Assembly: GCF_018977255.1 (NCBI RefSeq)
Contig: NW_024704762.1
Location: forward strand, 8,680,001 to 8,744,000
DNA length: 64,000 nt
Direction: 5' to 3'
Origin: Callorhinchus milii
Taxonomy: Eukaryota
Shown here: in pieces, positions 61,101-64,000 of the stretch
How the letters are laid out: every line of letters begins with the position of its first letter
Position numbering within the stretch: the stretch's first letter is position 1
Program-made: the position numbers and the translations under genes
The notes under the pieces: generated by a model
Database searches by the model: none
The model's input: the letters and a program-made list of their open reading frames with translations, nothing else
What the model was told of the DNA's origin: nothing

Positions 61101-63549
61101 ATCCAGTGAGTTTGAAGAGTGTAATTCAGCCACAGTGCCAGAAGGTGAGTGCCTCCTCCTTTAAGGATACGGGGGTCACTCATTCATTTACTTTTTGTCG
61201 GTCAGCCGGGTGGCGGACATGCGTGGAAACCCATCACCACGCTTACAAGCATCCAACCCAGACCCTGAGCCGCACATTTGTGAAGTCACAGATTGTTTGA
61301 AGCGCTTTGGGATGTTCCGCTCTCACAGGTCATTGCACGAAACACAAGCATAAAGTCACTTTGTAGCCAAAGGGTGTTAATAACACAGGACTCTCATTCT
61401 ATTATGCAGTTGTAAAGAAATCCCGAAGGAAAACGTTCATTATTCCCGGCCTGACCAGGAAGGAGAAAGACAACGACTCCGTGTGAGTTTATTCAGATTT
61501 TTTGTTTTACTTTGTGCCTGGGAGATTTTGTCTGATCTCTCGGAGGGACCGACATGTTGGGATAATAATAATAATCCTTGCATTTGATATAGCGCTTTTC
61601 ACATCGGGAGGACGTCCCAAAGCGCTTCACAGAACACACTGTAAAGTGAATTGACTGTATATTTGTGGGCGAACGCGGCAGCCAATTGCGCACAGCAATG
61701 TCCCACAAACAGTCGTAGATTGAAAATGACCAATTTAATTATTGTTTTTGGTTTGAGGGATTATTATTAGGCTCTGTGTGGAGTAAGGAAACTTGCCCAA
61801 GGTTTCGCCCTCTGCCTGGAATTGAACTCAGGTCTCTCGCTTGCAAAGCGAGTGCTCTAACCACTGAGCTACAGGACTCCACATATACGTGCCTTTGCTT
61901 ATGGGAGAAGGGGGAATGCTGTTTGAGGGCACTATAAACCGGGCCCCAATTCTGAAGTGTGGGTGGAGGGGAAGAGAAGGCTTCGAGTCATCCAGATCCC
62001 ATCAGCTCCCTGCTAAGCCCTGGTGGGCAAATGCACAGGCTCGAAACAACTGTGGGTTGGGTGGCGAGGAAGTGGGGGAGAGAATGTGCAGGTTAATGCA
62101 ATTGACCACACGTCTATCTGTCACGCACATTAAGAGAGCGGTCACTGTTTCTGGTCTACATGACCTACAAACCCATTTATTGACTGCTTATGGTCTCAAA
62201 GTCAATCTCTTTCCTCTTCCTGCAGGGGCTCGCCTGATGCAGACTCAATTGTAAGTAGACATTACATGTAAGGCCCATGCTCGCTTTATATATATGTGTG
62301 TGTGTGTGTTGTTTTTGACCCAATGTAAAACTAGACCTGAGGCAATACAAAGCTTGCCTTATAGGCCTGATTAAGGCCTGGGTTTAAACTTGGTGTTGGT
62401 CTTAGTTTCAGTCAGTTGAATCTAGGATTGAGCCACCCCTACATAACCTGCACTGGGGCAGGGAACGTGGAGAGACCCGAACAGTTAGGAGAGATGTTTA
62501 AACTAAGCAGCTCCATTTTGTAAATGGGTTTAGAATCGATCTCACGCTTTGTGATTATACTAATCATTTTCTCAGTGAAAGTTTCTATTTGGAGCTGCTA
62601 CTGTTGCCCAGATTTTGGTGTAAGCGAGATAGCGTGTTCAGCGACCTGGGCTGTCTGACCGTAGTTTAGATATATTCTAACCCACGTTGTATTTTTGCAG
62701 AATTCTCCAGAGGTAGACGAGGAAGGTTACACCATCCGACCAGATATTACCCAGAACAATATCCTTCGTTCCTTCATTTTACCTGCCAGGGCCTCAGTCC
62801 TCAGATATGGCCGTTACACTGGGATTTATTCTCAGTGGATCACCACCAACATCTCAGAGACGTCATCTCTTCCTCATTGTTTTCTTTCTCCAAAGACAGA
62901 GAGGTTTTCTGTCCTTGTATCGAGAATCGACATCCACTATCCCCAGCTCAGGTGCAGCTCAGTTAGATACAGAGCAAAGTTACTTAAATTTTCCAACAAT
63001 TTGCCTTAACCACTAAGCGCCCCTTGGCTATTACTAGTGTACATCGGTCACTTTCTGCATTGACGAGCTAACTTTTACAATCACTCGCTCGCTATATCGA
63101 GAAATTCCATCGAGGTGAAAGGCACTAGTTAAGTGCAAGTTGTGGATGTGTTCAGGATAGTGTTGCAGCTCCTTCTGCTTTCCTCTACCACCGCAACCCC
63201 TCCCACCCCACTCCCAAATGCCCCTGGAGTTCCCAATCTCAGCCACGTTGAGCAGGCCACAACGGAAGTCGGGGATGGAAAGGACGCAGGTCTAAGAAAA
63301 TTGTAGAGTTGTGCTATGGGAATGGCAGGCAGGCAGGCTGCTCCGTTCAAACTCCTTGACTTTTGTAAACGCGAAAAAGAGACCGACTTCTGCTCGTCCA
63401 GCGACTCTGACTTTGACGATGACGAGCCTCGCCGTTTCCACGTGCAGATCAAGCCGGCGCTCCCGCGGGATGGGCCCCGGGACACCTCTGCCTCTGTGGA
63501 GGTGCTCAAAGCCTCCATCGGGAATATCGTCCTCTCCGCCAATCCGAGC
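45043..63549 (+). CDS. FCHO1: F-BAR domain only protein 1 (exons 1-13, 3'-partial)
   Basis: Exons 45043-45069 (MQHFGVSFW), 57437-57528, 57638-57712, 58370-58511, 59191-59343, 59884-59988, 60127-60225, 60419-60515, 61100-61144, 61410-61482, 62226-62250, 62701-62758, 63371-63549. [24 protein letters not shown]; FCHO1-type SSDKLALCH and [20 protein letters not shown]; linker [10 protein letters not shown] and [21 protein letters not shown]. Confidence 0.9.
46185..46500 (+). mobile_element. DeuSINE-like (SacSINE1-like) element
   Basis: cgagtcagaaggtcttgggttcaagctccac..cattgtcagagg..ttcaggtgg..cccatgacactattcgaaaagag..gtgtcctggccaa. Family assignment is from recall of shark SINEs. Confidence 0.65.
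46530..46710 (+). mobile_element. L2 LINE 3' end
   Basis: Translates [20 protein letters not shown] (typical L2 ORF2 terminus), then gcgctatataaatgcaagttg tail. Confidence 0.75.
47085..47437 (+). mobile_element. Older-subfamily tRNA-derived SINE
   Basis: Degenerate head, internal ctctgtttacctagcaataagtaggaa segment and caaggattattat tail. Confidence 0.8.
52255..52577 (+). mobile_element. Older-subfamily SINE
   Basis: Partial head (gggtttgattccc), internal segment, body and gaggattattattat tail. Confidence 0.8.
55577..56850 (-). mobile_element. 5'-truncated degenerate CR1 LINE (RT core to 3' UTR)
   Basis: ORF 55688..56212 ([42 protein letters not shown]) is the CR1 ORF2 C-terminus. RT motifs SKFADDTK (about 56460-56483) and GVP*GSVLGP, the latter with an in-frame stop. 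Confidence 0.92.
58575..59030 (+). mobile_element. DeuSINE-like element interrupted by an L2-tail fragment
   Basis: cgcctccgagtcagaaagctttaggttcaag head, cttcggatgagac, tgtcctggccaa and aaagcgctgtatcaaatg tail. Confidence 0.6.
60684..61038 (+). mobile_element. Full-length older-subfamily tRNA-derived SINE
   Basis: Head, 70-bp internal segment, body and caaggattattattat tail. Confidence 0.85.
61562..61882 (-). mobile_element. Full-length young tRNA-Ala-derived SINE
   Basis: Reverse complement nearly identical to 4400-4714. Confidence 0.92.
62759..63370 (+). other. FCHO1: U12-type (minor spliceosome) AT-AC intron of FCHO1
   Basis: 5' site ATATCCTT, branch point TCCTTGAC at 63353-63360, AC 3' end at 63369-63370. 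Splicing restores the frame (..[19 protein letters not shown]). Confidence 0.9.
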
Positions 63550-64000
63550 GTAAGGGATTCCGTGCTACATGGTTGGGGAATGGAGAGGGAGGGTTTGGAG
63601 CTAAAGGAAAATTGGAGTTCAGGTGTAACTCTTCCAGGTTCTTGGGTGACTGCCATTGAATTGGTGCCATTGTGCCAAGGTCCCCAATCCAGCACTGTAC
63701 AGCTGTCCATCTGGGACTTGAGGGGAGTTTGAACATGGCACCCAAAAAAAGGCCACTCACGTGAATGACAATTGAGTTGCAGTGATTGTTGGAACTCGGT
63801 GGAGGGGAGTTTGCAGAGAGGAAAGTCGCGTTGATGTGGATTTTGTCCATCTCACAATCTGACTTGATTTCTTTTTTTTCAATCTCTCTTATTACAGATC
63901 CTTTCCAAAAGAAATTCCTCCAGTAAGTGTTCGGCAATCTGCCAAAGCCTCGCTGTGCTGTAGAGCGTTGCTGGTGTCTGTTGGGAGGAAGCGTGTTTGC

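Noticed and set aside
63003-63017. Second U12-like branch point (gccttaac) within the minor intron
   Set aside because: No convincing downstream exon; the distal site restores conserved protein sequence.

Overview
Vertebrate genomic DNA, most likely a cartilaginous fish (inferred from shark-type DeuSINE, CR1 and L2 repeats). The assembly is gapped (N runs at 20281-21067 and 42178-42376). Four multi-exon genes lie in tandem on the + strand. (1) SUGP2, 5'-truncated by the window, with two SURP domains and a G-patch and one apparent frameshift near 1177-1195. (2) An unusual SMN (survival motor neuron) paralogue of about 663 aa: an acidic repeat N-terminus with no recognisable Gemin2-binding motif, three tandem near-identical Tudor exons, a Pro-rich exon, an intact YG box and an SMN exon-7-like last exon. 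(3) MAP1S, 7 exons, with one apparent 1-bp frameshift near 31515. (4) FCHO1, exons 1-13 and continuing past the window, with a U12-type AT-AC intron at 62759-63370. The SMN-like gene sits next to MAP1S-FCHO1, the paralogon of the SMN1-MAP1B-FCHO2 region of human 5q13. It may therefore be a retained, remodelled whole-genome-duplication copy of SMN, and it is the main candidate for an undescribed system. Introns and intergenic DNA carry many tRNA-Ala-derived SINEs, DeuSINE-like elements, L2 and CR1 fragments, microsatellites and a G-rich minisatellite. All homology comparisons were made by eye against remembered sequences; no searches were run.
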